Below are positions 1 to 13,713 of a stretch of DNA of 64,000 nucleotides, in pieces; the stretch's first letter is position 1; each line of letters begins with the position of its first letter. Where the stretch lies: the NCBI GenBank assembly GCA_038087875.1, contig JAXLNO010000170.1, positions 1-64,000 on the forward strand, given 5' to 3'. A program made the position numbers and the translations under genes. The notes beneath the pieces were generated by a model that worked only from the letters and a program-made list of their open reading frames with translations, had not been told where the DNA came from and ran no database searches. This DNA comes from Malacoraja senta. Taxonomy: Eukaryota.

Positions 1-162
1 TCCATTCGGCCCACAATGTCCATACTAGCACAACAGAAAGCCCCCCCCCCCCCCACCCCCACTGGCCAGCAATATTGGAATTGGTGGAGAGGTGGAATAT
101 TGCGTTGGGTGACCAGCCCTCCCGTGTGATGCTGGGACCCAACGGGTCCCACTTAGGTCTAG
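1..162 (+). mobile_element. Helitron 3' end
   Basis: GC-rich hairpin TGGGACCCAACGGGTCCCA (133-151) followed 7 nt later by CTAG|T (159-163). Confidence 0.65.
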
Positions 163-683
163 TATAAACCTATGAAGGTGCAGGAAGGAACTGCCGATGC
201 TGGTTTAAACTGAAGATAGACACTAAAAGCTGGAGTAACTCAGCGGGACAGCAGCGCCTCTGGATCGAAAGAATGGAGACGTTTCGGGTCGAGACCCTTC
301 TTCAGACTGAGCGTCAGGGGAGAGGGAGACAGAGCTAAGGAAGGTTAAGGTGTGACAACGAGACAAAGGGGATGGAGTTCATGGAACATGTAGACAAGAT
401 TGTTGTTAGCTAGTGACACCAAGGCAGAGATAAAATGTAAACGGGGACAGGCAGACTGGTCGGGGGAACTGGGAAGGAGGGAGGGATGGTGAGCAAGGGT
501 TTTACTTAGAATTATATAGTTCCTCCAGCGTTTTATACATAAAAAGCTGGAGTAACTCAGCCGGACAGACAGCATCTGTGGAGAGAAGGAATGGGTGACG
601 TTTCGGGTCGAAACCCTTCAGCTGAAGATCCCCGCATGTTTCGTTTCTTGTCCATTCCTGCGACACGAACCTGCATCACTCAC

Positions 684-980
684 CGATCGAGGAAGCGACC
701 GTCTGCAGCTGTAAGGGGATCGCAGCGTTGGCGATGGGACGAATGGTCTTGCTTGGAACTCTCCCCCGGCACAATCAATGCTGAGTGCAGACACAGAACC
801 TCACTGAACCAACCACAACCCCAGGCGCTAGGAGCTGAGATGTACCGAGACTCCTTTCAGCAACACAAGAATCGACTCCCACGCCAGAGGCGATATCTGC
901 AGAGAAAGTATTTATTCTCCAGTGATCTCCACACGGAGATTGGAATGAATTCCGCGAAAATACACTTTCACTTTCGGTCT
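684..980 (-). promoter_or_regulatory. Interferon-type promoter (ISRE + GAS) and putative non-coding first exon of a gene continuing left of the window
   Basis: Minus-strand GAAAGTGAAAGT (964-975, IRF-E/ISRE) lies 5 bp from TTCCGCGAA (950-958, GAS TTCN3GAA), with a CCAAT box nearby. A CpG-rich unique segment ends in a donor TCG|GTGAGT at 683-678. Confidence 0.55.
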
Positions 981-2986
981 TAATGTGCAGAACAATGAAC
1001 AACCGCGCACGTAATACCTGGACACCAACCAGGGCGGTGCACACCAGATGCAGCAAGCTGGCTTGTAAATATAGGTTCCTTCAACTTTAAGTAACCCTTG
1101 CTTTGCCTCTCTCTCCACCCACCTCCCTCCCCACCACAGTTCTCTGACTAATGTCACTATCCTGAGTGTCACCGAGATGAGGAAATACTTTTTCACCCAG
1201 AGAGTTGTGAATCTGTGAATTCTCTGCCACAGAAGGCAGTGGAGGCCAATTCACTGGATATTTTCAAGAGAGAGTTAGATGAAGAGTCTCGACCCAAAAC
1301 GTCACCATTCCTTCTCTCCAGAGATGCTGCCTGTTACTCCAGCATTTTGTGCTAACCGCAGTTTAGTTTAGTGAATCAGCATGGATACAGGCCCTTCGGC
1401 CCACCGAGTCCGCACTGACCAGCGATCACCCTGTACACTGACACGATCCTACACACACGAGGGATAATTTACAATTATACCAAGTCAATTAGCCTACAAA
1501 TCGGTGCGCCTGTCATATGGGAGGAAACTTGAGCTCCTGGAGAAAACCCACGCAGGTCAACGTACAAACTCCTGTTACAGACAGCACCTGCAGTCAGGAT
1601 CGAACCTGGGTCTCCAGCACTGTAAGGCAGCGACTCTACCCATGCGCAGTTGTGTGGATTCAGTCACCCTCCACTCCCACAGTAATCAGTCGAGACTCAA
1701 ATTTTCTTTCTTCATCCGTTTTTTTTGGAGTATGGTGGCGCAGCGGTAGAGTTGCTGCCTCATGGCCCATCGAGTCTGCACCGCCATTCAAACATGGCTG
1801 ATCTATTTCTCCCTCACAACCCTATTCTCCTGCCTTCTCCCCATAACCTTTAATGCAGTACTAATTAAGAAACCTATCAATCTCTGTTGTAAAAAATACC
1901 CACTTGACTTGGCCTCCACCGCCGTCCGTGGCAATGAATTCCACCCTCTGGCAAAGAAGTTCCTCCTCATCTCCATTCTGCAGGTACGCCCTTTTATTCT
2001 GAAGCTGTGCCCTCTGGTATGAGACTCTCCCGCTGGTGGGAAACATACGCACTACGTTCACTCTATCCAGCAGGCCTTTCGGTATGTTTCCATGAGGACC
2101 CCCCTCATCCTTCTACACTTAAGTACAGACCCAGTAGATGGGACATGTTGGCTGGTGGGAGCAACTTGGCCGAAGGGCCTGTTTCCATGCTATATGACTC
2201 AATGGCTCCAGAGATGCTGCCCGACATGCAAAGTTCCCATTATTTTAATGTTCATAAGTGCTAGGAGCAGATTAGGCCATTCGGCCCAACACCATTCCAT
2301 CATGCTGATCAACCTCCCTCCTAACCCTATTCTCCTGCCTCTTCCCAAAACCTCTGACACTGTACTAACCGAGAATCTATCTATGCCTTAAAATATCCAA
2401 TGACAGCCTCCACAGCCCTCTGAGGCAATGGAATTCCACTGATTCACCAACCTCTGACTAAGAAATCCCTCCTCATCTTCCTATAGGAACTTTCTTATTC
2501 TGAGGCTGTGACCTCTGGTCCGTGACTCTCCCACCAGTGGCAACATCCTCTCCACATCCACTCTATCCAGACCATTCACTATTCGGTAGTTTGTGTCTAT
2601 CTTTGGTGTAAACCGGCATCTGCAGTTCCTTCCTGCAGACTTCCTCCAGCAGTTTGTTTATATTTTGTTCAACATCCACTGTTTGTTTTTCACTGCAATT
2701 TCTGAACACTCTGGCTTATGTTAGCTCAAAACCACTGTGCGGTATCTGCTAGGTTCCTTTCCTATGTTAGTTTTTTTTCAGTTTAGAGATACAGCGTGGA
2801 AACAGGCCTTCGGCCTACCGACACACTACCAATCCCTCACATTAACACTACTCTACACACACTAGGGACAATTTACATTTATGCCAAGCCAACTAATCTA
2901 CAAACCTGAATGTCTTTGAAGTGTGGTAGGAGACTAAAGATCTCAGAGAAAACCCATGGGTTGATTCCGTTAGCCCTAAGAGCAAT

Positions 2987-3430
2987 ATCTAACTCTCTCT
3001 GGAAAACATCCAGTGCATTGGCCTCCACTGCCCTCTGTGGCAGAGAATTCCACAGATTCATACTCTGGGTGAAAAGTTTTTCCTCATCTCGGTAACACTC
3101 AAGATAGTGACACTAGTCAGAGAACTGGAAGGGGAGGGAGAAGTGGGTGGAGAGAGAGGCAAAGCAAGGGTTACTTAAAAGTTGAAGAAACCTATATTCA
3201 CAAGCCAGCTTGCTGCATCTGGGTGAGCACCGCGCTCGTTTGTGGTCAAGTACTACTGTGCGGTTGTTCATCGTTTCCGCACATTAAGACCAGAAGTGAA
3301 ATTGTATTTTCACGGAATTCATTCCAATCTCGCGTGTGGAGATCACTGGAGAATAAATAGCCTTTCTCTGCAGATGTTGCCGCAGGCGTTGGAGTTGATT
3401 TTTGTGATTGCTGAAAAGAGTCTCGGTACT
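2987..3430 (+). repeat. Inverted duplicate of 841-1280 (promoter block plus adjoining PLE and CR1 scraps)
   Basis: Reverse-complement match including the same TE junctions. GAS is retained (TTCACGGAA 3309-3317), the ISRE is degenerate (CAGAAGTGAAATTG). Confidence 0.85.
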
Positions 3431-4026
3431 TCCACAGTTTCACAACTCTCTGGGTGAAAAAAGCATTTCCTCATCTCAGTCCTAAATGGGCAACCCTTTA
3501 TTCTTAAACTGTGACCCCTGGTTCTGTACTCCACCAACATCGGGAACATCGGGATAATCTTCTTGCATTTAGCCTGTCCAATCGCTGAAAGATTTTACAT
3601 GTTTCTAAAAGATCTCGTCCCATCCTTCTAAATTCCAGTGAATATTAGACCAGTTGACCCATTTCTTTCATAATATGTCATTCTCGCCATCCAGGAATTA
3701 ATCTGGTGAACCTACGATGACCTCCCTCAATCACAAGATTATCCTTCCTCGAATTAGGAGACGGAAACTGCACACAATTCTCCAGTTGTGGTCTCACCAG
3801 GGCCCTTTACAACTGCAGAAGGACCTTGCTCCTATACTTAGAGTGAAAAACTTTCAGCAGAATGACGATTTTAAACTTCTAATAAATAGGTTGCCATCCA
3901 CTTAACATGCTGAAGAGAACAATACAATGCATATTGATTTAATCAAACGAAATGGAAGGTAGATATAAAATGCTGGAGTAACTCATCGGACAGGCAGCAC
4001 CTCTGGAAAGAAGGAATGGATAATTT

Positions 4027-5531
4027 TAAAGTGATAATTTTTCAAACTCTTTAGATTCTGGAGTAGTTCCTGAGGATTGGAGGGTAGCAAACGTAACCCC
4101 ACTTTTTAAGAAGGGAGGAGAGACAAAACGGGGAATTACAGACCAGTTAGTCTAACATCGGTAGTGGGGAAACTGCTAGAGTCAGTTATTAAAGATGGGA
4201 TAGCAGCACATTTGGAAAGATGGTGAAATCATTGGGACAAAGTCAGCATGGATTTACGAAAGGTAAAATCGTGTCTGACGAATCTTATAGGAATTTTTCG
4301 AGGATGTAACTAGTAAGGGGAGAACCAGTGGATGTGTTGTACCTGGACTTTCAGAAGGCTTTCGACAAGGTACCACATAAGAGATTAGGATACAAACTTA
4401 AATCACACGGTATTGGGGTTCAGTATTGATGTGGATAGAGAACTGGCTGGCAAACAGGAAGCAAAGAGTAGGAGTAAAACGGGTCCTTTTCACAATAGCA
4501 GGCAGTGACTAGTGGGTACCGCAAGGCTCAGTGCTGGGACCCCAGCTATTTACAATTTATATTAATGATCTGACGAGGGAATTGAAAGCAACATCTCCAA
4601 GTTTGCGGATGACACTAAGCTGGGGGGCAGTGTTAGCTGTGAGGAGGATGCTAGGAGACTGCAAGGTGACTTGGATAGGCTGGGTGAGTGGGCAAATGTT
4701 TGGCAGATGCAGTATAATGTGGATAAATGTGAGGTTATCCACTTTGGTGGCAAAAACGGGAAGGCAGACTATTATCTAAATGGTGGCCGATTAGGAAATG
4801 GGGAGATGCAGCGAGACCTGGGTGTCATGGTACACCAGTCATTGAAGTAGGCATGCAGGTGCAGCAGGCAGTGAAGAAAGCGAATGGTATGTTGGCCTTC
4901 ATAGCAAGAGGATTTGAGTATAGGAGCAGGGAGGTTCTACTGCAGTTGTACAGGGTCTTGGTGAGACCACACCTGAGTATTGCATACAGTTTTGGTCTCC
5001 AAATCTGAGGAAGGACATTATAGCCATAGAGGGAGTGCAGAGAAGGTTCACCAGACTGATTCCTGGATGTCAGGACTTTCATATGAAGAAAGACTGGATA
5101 GACTTGGCTTATACTCGCTAGAATTTAGGAGATTGAGAGGGGATCTTATAGAAACGTACATAATTCTTATGGGGTTGGACAGGCTAGATGCAGGAAGATT
5201 GTTCCCGATGTTGGGGAAGTCCAGGACAAGGGGTCACAGCTTAAGGATAAGGGGAAATCCTTTAAGACGAGATGAGGAAAAACTTTTTCACACAGAGAGT
5301 GGTGAATCTCTGAACTCTCTGCACAGAGGGTAGTTGAGGCCAGTTCATTGGCTATATTTAAGAGGGAGTTAGATGTGGCCCTTGTGGCTAAAGGGATCAG
5401 GGGGTATGGAGAGAAGGCAGGTACGGGATACTGAGTTGGATGATCAGCATGATCATATTGAATGGCGGTGCAGGCTCGAAGGGCCGAATGGCCTACTCCT
5501 GCACCTATTTTCTATGTATCTATGTATCTAT
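4027..5531 (+). mobile_element. CR1/HER1-type LINE, 5'-truncated, frameshifted ORF2 (RT) + 3'UTR
   Basis: YRPVSLTS, LDFQKAFDKV, LGPQLFTIYINDL and KFADDT motifs; (CTATGTAT)n tail. Confidence 0.93.
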
Positions 5532-5650
5532 GATGTTTCGGGTCGAGACTCTTCTTCAGACTGAGAGTCAGGGGAGAGGGAGATACAGAGACAAGAGGGT
5601 AAGGTGTGAAAAGAAAGATCAAATGGGATGAAAGCCAAGGAAAATGTAGT

Positions 5651-7037
5651 AGACAATAGGTGCAGGAGTAGGCCATTCTGCCCTCCGAGCCAGCACCGCC
5701 ATTCACTGTGATCATGGCTGATCATGCACAATCAGTACCCAGTTTCAGCCTTCTCCTCCATATCCCCTGACTCCGCCATCTTTAAGAACTCTCTAAATCT
5801 CTCTTGAAAGCATCCAGAGAATTGGCTCCACTGCCTTCTGAGGCAAAGAACTCCACAGTTTCACAAGTCTCTGGGTGAAAAGCTTTTTCCTCATCTCCAT
5901 TCTAAATGGCCTACCCCTTATTCTTAAAATGTGGCCCCTGGTTCTGGACTTCCCCAAAATTGGGAACATGTTTCCTGCCTCTAGCGTGTCCAATCCTTAA
6001 TAATTTATATGTTTCAATAAGATCCCCTCTTATCCTTCTAAATTCCAGCATATACAAGCCCGGTTGCTCCATTCTATCAACATATGACAGTCCTGCCATC
6101 CCGGGAATTAACCTTTTGAACCTACGCTGCATTCCCTCAATAGCAAGAATGTCCTTCCTCAAATTTGGAGACCAAAATTACACACAAATAGTCTAGGTGT
6201 AGTCTCACCATGTGTCCTGTACAACTGCAGAAGTACCTCTTTGCTCTTATACTCAACTCCTCTTGTTATGAAGGCCACGTGCTGTTAGCTTCTTCACTGC
6301 CTGCTGTAGCTGCATGTTTACTTTCAGTGACTTCTTCATCCTCGTGTCCGGCCATCTTCTATATCACGTCTTCTGGTCGGTCAGTGACGGTTGACGGTCG
6401 GTGGTTGCAGAATTGGCTACTTCAGTCAATCACTGTGGTACAGTTTCTGTCGTCAGCATTGCCCAGGATGCGCCACATGGAGGGCTTCTGCTTACATCCC
6501 ACTTTCAGTGACTGATGAACAAGGACACCTAGATCTCGTTGTACTTCCCCTTTCTCCCAACGTGACACCATTCAGATAATTATCTGACTTCGTGTTCTTG
6601 CCACCAAAGTGGATAAAAAAATTCCAAGAACTGCTGCCTTTCTTAAAAAGTGGGATAACATTAGCTACTTTTAGAAAGGAGGGAGAGGGAAAAGAGGGAA
6701 TTATAGATTAATTTAGCCTGACATTGGTTGGTGGGGAGATGCTGGAGTCAATTATAAAGATGAATAGCAGCACATTTGGATAGAAGTAACAGGATCGGTC
6801 CGAGTCAGCATGGATTACGAAGGGGAAATCATGCTTGACTAATCTTCTGGAATTTTTTGAGGATGTAACTAGGAAAATGTACAAGGGAGGAGTCAGTGGA
6901 TGTAGTATACCTGGACTTTCAGAAAGCTTTCATAGGTCCCACATAGGAGATTAGTGGCCAAAATTAGAACACATGGTATGTGGGGTAGAGTGCTGACATG
7001 GATAAAAAATTGTTGGGAGACAATAAACAAAGAGTAA
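5651..7037 (-). mobile_element. CR1-type LINE, 3' part on the minus strand (5651-6616) with an adjacent inverted RT segment (~6670-7037, +)
   Basis: Minus-strand RKDILAIEGMQRRF and GDLIETYK peptides; plus-strand YLDFQKAF segment next to it. Confidence 0.85.
6333..6500 (-). mobile_element. Short retroposon 3' fragment nested in CR1
   Basis: 13-bp TSD ACTTTCAGTGACT (6320-6332, 6501-6513); GAA-type tail on the minus strand. Confidence 0.7.
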
Positions 7038-7350
7038 AGGGCCTGTCCCATGAGCTTGCGGCAAGCGCGACCTAACCGGAAGCGGGGGCCGCACGGAGGT
7101 CGCGCGGAGGTCGAGTGATCCCTGTACAGGGCCGGTTTCACCAGCATGCAACTGCATGTGGCGAGCGGCCCAAACCAGAAGCGGGGACCGCGCGGAGGTC
7201 GAGTGATTGACGTGAAGTTCGAGCGAAGTCCGCGCGTGACGTATGGCGTCGGACGCTGCGCACACCCGCTGAGGCGGGCGTACGGTGTCGAGGCGGCTGC
7301 AGGCCGGCAGGCCGTTGCCGTGCGGGATTTTTGAATAGTGTCAGTTTTTC
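7038..7350. mobile_element. PIF/Harbinger-like DNA transposon end (truncated)
   Basis: TAA followed by AGGGCCTGTCCCA, the same terminus as the MITE at 34651. Confidence 0.55.
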
Positions 7351-8083
7351 GGAATTTTAAAAATTCCGAACTAGAACTTTATTTATCCCATGAGGGAAAT
7401 TGATCTGCCAACAGTCATAAAAACATAAATACATGAAACATTAAATTAGAGTGAGGAGTGGAAGGATTGCCGTATATTATTTTAATCATGTCCAATTACA
7501 TACTGTTGTTTAGTTTAGTTTAGTTTAGTGATTCAGCGTGGAAACAGGCCCTTTGACTCACCGAGTCCACGCCGACCAGCGATTACCCTGTACACTAGTT
7601 CTATCCTAGTGAAATGCCTGGATAGAGTGGATGCGGAGAGGATGTTTCCACTAGTGGGAGAGTCTAGGACTAGAGGGAACAACCTCAGAAAACAAGGACG
7701 TACCTTTAGGAAGGAGATGAAGGGGAATTTCTTTAGTCAGAGGGTGGTGAATCTGTGGAATTCTTTGCCACAGGCTATGGAGGCCAACTCAAAGGATATT
7801 TTTATGGAAGAAATTGATAGATTCTTGATTAGTACGGGTGTCAGGAGTTATGAAGAGAAGGCAGGTGAATGGATTAGTAGGGAGAGATAGATCAGCCATG
7901 ATTGTATGGCGGAGTAGACTTGATGGGCAGAATGGCCTAATCTGCTCCAATCACTTATGAAGTTATGAAAGTCGTCTGGAGTAAGAGGTAACATTCTGAA
8001 GCCGAATGATCTTCATCATTTCTGAAGTAAGATTGTCAACCAGAAGTTGGTTGAATCTTTGTGGCATGGTGGCGCAGCAGTAG

Positions 8084-8470
8084 AGTTGCTGCCTCACAGC
8101 GTCAGAGACACGGGTTCGATCCTGACCACAGGTGCTGTCTGTACAGAGTTTATACGTTCTCCCATGACTGCGTGCGTTTTCTCGGTGTGCTCTGGTTTCT
8201 CCCACACTTGAAGATACCAAAGGTTTGTAGGTTCATTGGCCCTCTGTAAATTGCCCCTAGTGTGTAGCGAGTTGCATGCTGAAAGTGGGATAACGGGAGA
8301 ACTGGTGATCGATTCTCAGCGTGGGCCGAAGGTCCTGTTTCTGCGCTGTATCTGTAAACTAAACATAAACTACACAAAACTAAACTAAACTCAACTAAAC
8401 TATACTAAACTAAATTAATTAAACTCACTCACATTCAACCCAACTAAACCAAACTAAACTAAAAATAACC
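8084..8470 (+). mobile_element. tRNA-derived V-SINE/HE1-like SINE (representative of dozens of copies)
   Basis: A box TGGCGCAGC.GTAG, B box GGTTCGATCC, V-domain core, CR1-like tail and (CTAAA)n. Confidence 0.85.
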
Positions 8471-11400
8471 TGAATTAAACTTCCAGAAGTAAACTCTAAA
8501 CACCAAACTGCGTGCCACTAAGGAAAAATAAGTTTTAACCAATCTATTTTTATTTAAAAAGCTGTCGTTCCACATTCTTGCCTTCAGAAGACATGATCTT
8601 TTCACATCTATGCATCAAAATTCCTAACATTTTTAAACCTTGTTCACCCACAATGCCCTCCTGTGGTATGTTTGCTTTTACCGTAAATAAGGTGGGACTG
8701 AACTATTGGGAATGACAGTAATTCAAACAATCCTAAAGATCCTTATGCTGGTGTGAATCGTACATATGTTTGTGCTTGAATGTAAAATTGTCCCTAATGT
8801 GTGTAGTAGAGTGTTAATGTGCGGGATTGCTAGTCTGCGTGGACTCGGTGGGCCAAAGTAAACTAAACTAAACTAAACTATACTAATCGAAACTAAACTA
8901 GATTTAGTTTAGTTCAGGTTTAATTTAGTTTAGAGATACAGCACGGAAACGGGCCCTTCGGCCCACCGAGAGTCCGCGCCGACCAGCATTCCCCGCACAT
9001 TAACATTATCTTACACAGACAAGGGACAAGTACCATCATACCCCACCAATTAACCTACAAACCTGTACGTCAATGGAGTGTGGGAGGAAACTGAAGCACC
9101 CGGAGAAAACACACGCAGGTCATGGGGAGAACGTAAAAAACTCCGCACACACAGCACCCGTGGTCAGGATCGAACCCAGGTCTCTGTCGCTGTGTGGCAG
9201 CGACTCTACCACTGTGCCACTGTGCCTTTAAATAAAGCTCTTTGTCATTTTATTAGTGTCGGTGAGAGAGCTGTGACCACAGGACAATCTCCCTGTTTAA
9301 AAAAAATCAAAATTAACTCCATACAAAATATTCTTTATTCAGATAAAAAATATATACAGAGCAAGAACTGTGCTAAAATTCTTCCAACATTCTGTTCATT
9401 AGCATTGTATAAAATGCAATCGTCCCAGTGATTGTAGGATAGAGTAAGTGTGTGAGGATCGCTGGTCAGTACGGACTCGGTGGCCGAAGGGCCTGTTTCT
9501 GCCCTGTATCTCTAAACTAAACTAAACGAAACTGAAATAAACTATACTAAACTGAACTGTCCACATAAACCATTTCGGAGAATTGAACGCCCGATATGAC
9601 AGACGGGATATTAATCATTGTATAAAATGATGAACTGGTTAGAAATCACACTGAATAAACACAGTGAGGTGAACAGAAATGTTTTTCAACCCAAAGTCAG
9701 CAACCATGTTGCGAGAAGTTGAAAGAAGGTCTTGTAAATCACGTGACCTGGAGTCTGACTGTGTAACTTTGACAGCACGTTATAACCCTGGTCAACATGA
9801 GGAGCACCTTCAGCAACAGACTAGTTCCACCAAGATGTAGCACAGAACATCACAGGAGATCCTTCTTCCCTGTGGCTATCAAACTGTACAACACCTCCCC
9901 CTTCTGTTCTGGGATAGACTGACTTCCCCCCTCCTTCTCCCTCCCCAATCTTTGCACATCCACAATGCTTTCCACTCGTCACTTGAACTTCATGATTCAT
10001 GCATCTTGTTGTGTTTTAGACTGTTGGCAGACTAATTTCCCTTGTCAATTTCAACCCATCTATTTAAGGTTTTTTTAAGCTGCCCAAGCATAATATGAGG
10101 TGCTGTTCCTTAAATTTGTGCTGGGTCTCACTGACCAGAGGAACAGCACCTCATATTTTGCTTGGGCAACTTACAACCCAGCGGTATGAACATTGACTTC
10201 TCTAACTTCAAGTAACCCTTGCTTTCCCTCTCTCTCCATTCCCTCCCCCTTCCAGTCTGATTGTCCCCAATTACATTTTATCTGTTTGCTTTGTTGTCAC
10301 CTTCTCCCAGCTAACAATGATCTATTCTACATTTTCCTTCATCTCCATCCCCTTTGCCCTGTTTTCACAACCTTCACACTTCCTTATCTTCGTATCTCCC
10401 CTCCACTGACGTCAGTCTGAAGAAGGTCTCGACCCGAAACGTCACCCATTCCTTCTCTCCAGAGATGCTGCCTGTCCTGCTGAATTACTCCAGCATTTTG
10501 CCTATAATTATGTGGTTCAGTACAGGTATCACTATACATAAGCACTTAGATAAATCATAGATAAGCATCTCAGATACAGTACAAGTGTATAGCATAGTCA
10601 TAGTCATAAAGTCCGGATACAGGCCCTTTGGCCCACCTTGCCCACACCGGCCAACATACAATAGTCCCACCTGCCAGCGTTTGCTCAATATCCGACCAAA
10701 CCTCTCCTGTCCATGTACTTGTCAGAAGAAGGGTCTTGCCCTGAAACGTTGCCAATTCCTTCCATCCTAAGATACTGCCTCCCCCACTGAGTTACTCCAT
10801 CATTTTGTGTTCTACGTTCGATTTTACCAGCATCTGCAGTCCTTTCTCAAACATGTACTTGTCTAACTGCTTCTTACATGTTGGGATAGTCCCAAACTCA
10901 ACTACCTCCTCTGGCCTCTTGTTCCATACTCCCACCATTCTTTCTGTGAAAAAATTACCCCTCAGATTCCTATTAAATATTTTCCCCTTCACCTTGAACC
11001 TATGTCCTTTGGTCCTCTGATTCCCATACACTGGGTAAGAGACTCTAGCCGATCTATTCCTCTCATGATTTTGTACACCTCTATAAGATCACCGCATCCT
11101 CCTGCGCTCCATGGAATAGAGACCCAGCCTACTCAACCTCTCCCTATAGCTCACACCCTCTAATCCTGGCAACATCCTTGTGAATCTTCTTGCAGTAGTA
11201 CACTGAGACAGTATACAGGGTCACCAGTTTGGTGCCACTTTCTAGTCCCAGTTGTTGTTCAATACTCTGTACATCTGCAGATCTCTGCTGCCCCTTGTTC
11301 CTTCCCCCTCTCTAACATTGGCAATTGCTCTTTTGGACACAAAATGCTGGAGTAAACTCAGCTGCTCTGGCAGCATCTCTGGAGAAAAGGGACGGGCAAC

Positions 11401-11654
11401 GTTTCGGGTCGGGACCTTTCTTCATGGATGCATTAGCCATTCGTAACAACCCTGTTATTTTGTGTGGAGACACAATTGATTTAGTGATGTCCGTAAATGC
11501 CAAGCCATGTCTTTCCTGGGGACAATCCCAAGGAAGGCATCTTGTTTACTTTATCTTCAAAATAGTTGGGTTGAATTTTTTTTTTAAAGAATGTTCATAA
11601 ACAGTCTGACTACAAAAGATAGTCTCAAATGCTGGAGTAACTCAGCGGGACAGG

Positions 11655-12236
11655 CAGTTGTATAAGACGTTGGTGAGGCTCTATTTTTAGAGTATTGTGT
11701 TCAGTTCTGGGCACCGTGTTACAGTAAATATGTTGTCAAGCTGGAAAGGATACAGAAAATATTTATGAAGATGTTGCCAGGACTAGAGGATGTGAGCTAT
11801 CGGCAGAGGTTGAGTCTGGGACTCTATTCCTTGGAGCGGCAGGAGGATGAGGGTGATCTTATTGAGGTGTTTAAAATCAGGAGAGGATAGATCGGGTAGA
11901 TGCACAGAGTCTCCTGCCCAGAGTAGGGGAATCGAGGACCAGAGGACATAGGTTTAAGGTGAAGGGGGAAAAATTTAATAGGAATCTGAGGGGTAACATT
12001 TTCCACAAAGGGTGGTGGGTGTATGGAACAAGCTGCCAGAGGAGGTCGTTGAGGCTGGGACTATCCCAACGTTTAAGAAACAGTTAGACAGGTACATGGA
12101 TAGGACAGGTTTGGAGAGATATGGACCAAGCGCAGGCATGTGGGACTAGTGTAGATGAGATATGTTGGCCGGTGTGGCAAGTTGGGCTGAAGGGCCTGTT
12201 TCCACACTGTATCACTCTATGACTCTACAACTCTAT
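11655..12236 (+). mobile_element. CR1-type LINE 3' fragment
   Basis: Degenerate ORF2 C-terminus and (ACTCTATG)n tail. Confidence 0.8.
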
Positions 12237-12295
12237 GATTAAGCAGGACTGCCCTGACAAGCCAATGTGTCTGCCTGCTCCTGTCTCAAATACCA

Positions 12296-12892
12296 GGGAT
12301 GTGGAGGCTCTATAAGGTGCTGATCAGACCGCATCAGGAGCATTGTGAGCAGTTTTGGGCCTCATATCTGAGGAAGGATGTGCTGGCGCTGGAGAGGGTC
12401 CAGAGGAGGTTTACAAGAATGATCCCAGGAATGATTTGGTTGACATGTGATGAGCCTTTGTCGGCACTGGGCCTGTACTCACTGGAGATTGAAAGGATGA
12501 GGGGGCACCTCATTGAAACATACAAAATATTGAAAGGCCTGGATAGAGTGGATGTGGAGAGAATGTTTCCATTACTGGGAGAGTCTCAGAATTAATGGAG
12601 GTCACACCCTCAGAATTAATGGACGTTCCTTTAGGAAGGAGATGAGGAGGAATTTATTTAGTCAGAGGGTGGTGAATCTGTGGAATTCATTGCCACAGAA
12701 GGCTGTGGAGGCCATCAATTGTTATTTGTAAGGCAGAGATTGATAGATTCTTGATTAGTACGGGTGTCATGGATGATGGGGAGAAGGCAGGAGAATGGGC
12801 TTGAGAGGGAAAGATAGATAGATCAGCTATGATTGAATGGCGGAGTAGATTTGATGGGCTGAATGGCCTAATTCTGCTCCTATAACTTATGA
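12296..12892 (+). mobile_element. CR1-type LINE 3' fragment
   Basis: LYKVLIRPH...LERVQRRFTRMIPG peptide and the family 3'UTR. Confidence 0.85.
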
Positions 12893-13713
12893 AAATGGTA
12901 GGCCTGCATCACCAGAGACCCACACCACCCTGGCCACGCTCTCATTTCACCCCTGCCATCGGGAAGAAGATACAGCAATCTGAAAACTGTAACGTCCAGC
13001 TTCAGAACAGCTTCTTCCTACAACCATCAGTCTCTTGAACGCTATGAACTGCAACTAAAGTCCAAACTACAAACTGCCTTGGTTGCACTGGGGACTTAGG
13101 GATCTGTTTTGTCTTGCCCTATATTGTTATGTACCCAACACACTGTGGTCTAGGTGAAAATTAGTTACAGACAATGAGACTCAGCAGGACGACAGTGAAA
13201 CTAGTGCAACAACTAGGGTGAGGGAGAGACGGAGAGAGAGGATGAAAGGGTTACAGTTCCTTCCGACACAGATCCTAACCATGTTCTCCAGAGATGCTGC
13301 CTGATCCGCTGAGTTACTCCAGCACTTTGTGTCTATTTTTTAATGACAATATTTCCGTCTGCATCTGTCTGTTACCATTGCTCCAAGCTCTGCTCGTGCA
13401 CACCAGTTAGTACCCTCACTTCAGGTAGCCCCGGCATTCCCACTCTCCTCCATACCTCCCCCACCCAAGTGGCACCAGCTTCTCGTTTTCACCCAATAAA
13501 CAGCGAACAATGGCCTGTTTCCTTATCATCGTTACTTTTTTGCATATCATTCATTCATTGTTCTTATCTCTCCACATCATTGTCCATATCTCTCATTTCC
13601 CTTTCCCCTAACCAGTCTAAAGAAGGGACTCAACATGAAAAGTCACCCATTCCTTCCCTCCAGTGATGCTGCCTGTCGCACTGAGTTATACCTGCTTTTT
13701 CTGTCTATCAGTA

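Noticed and set aside
9627..9760. Possible C/D-box snoRNA (ATGATGA...CTGA)
   Set aside because: No terminal stem, no recognisable rRNA guide and no evident host intron.
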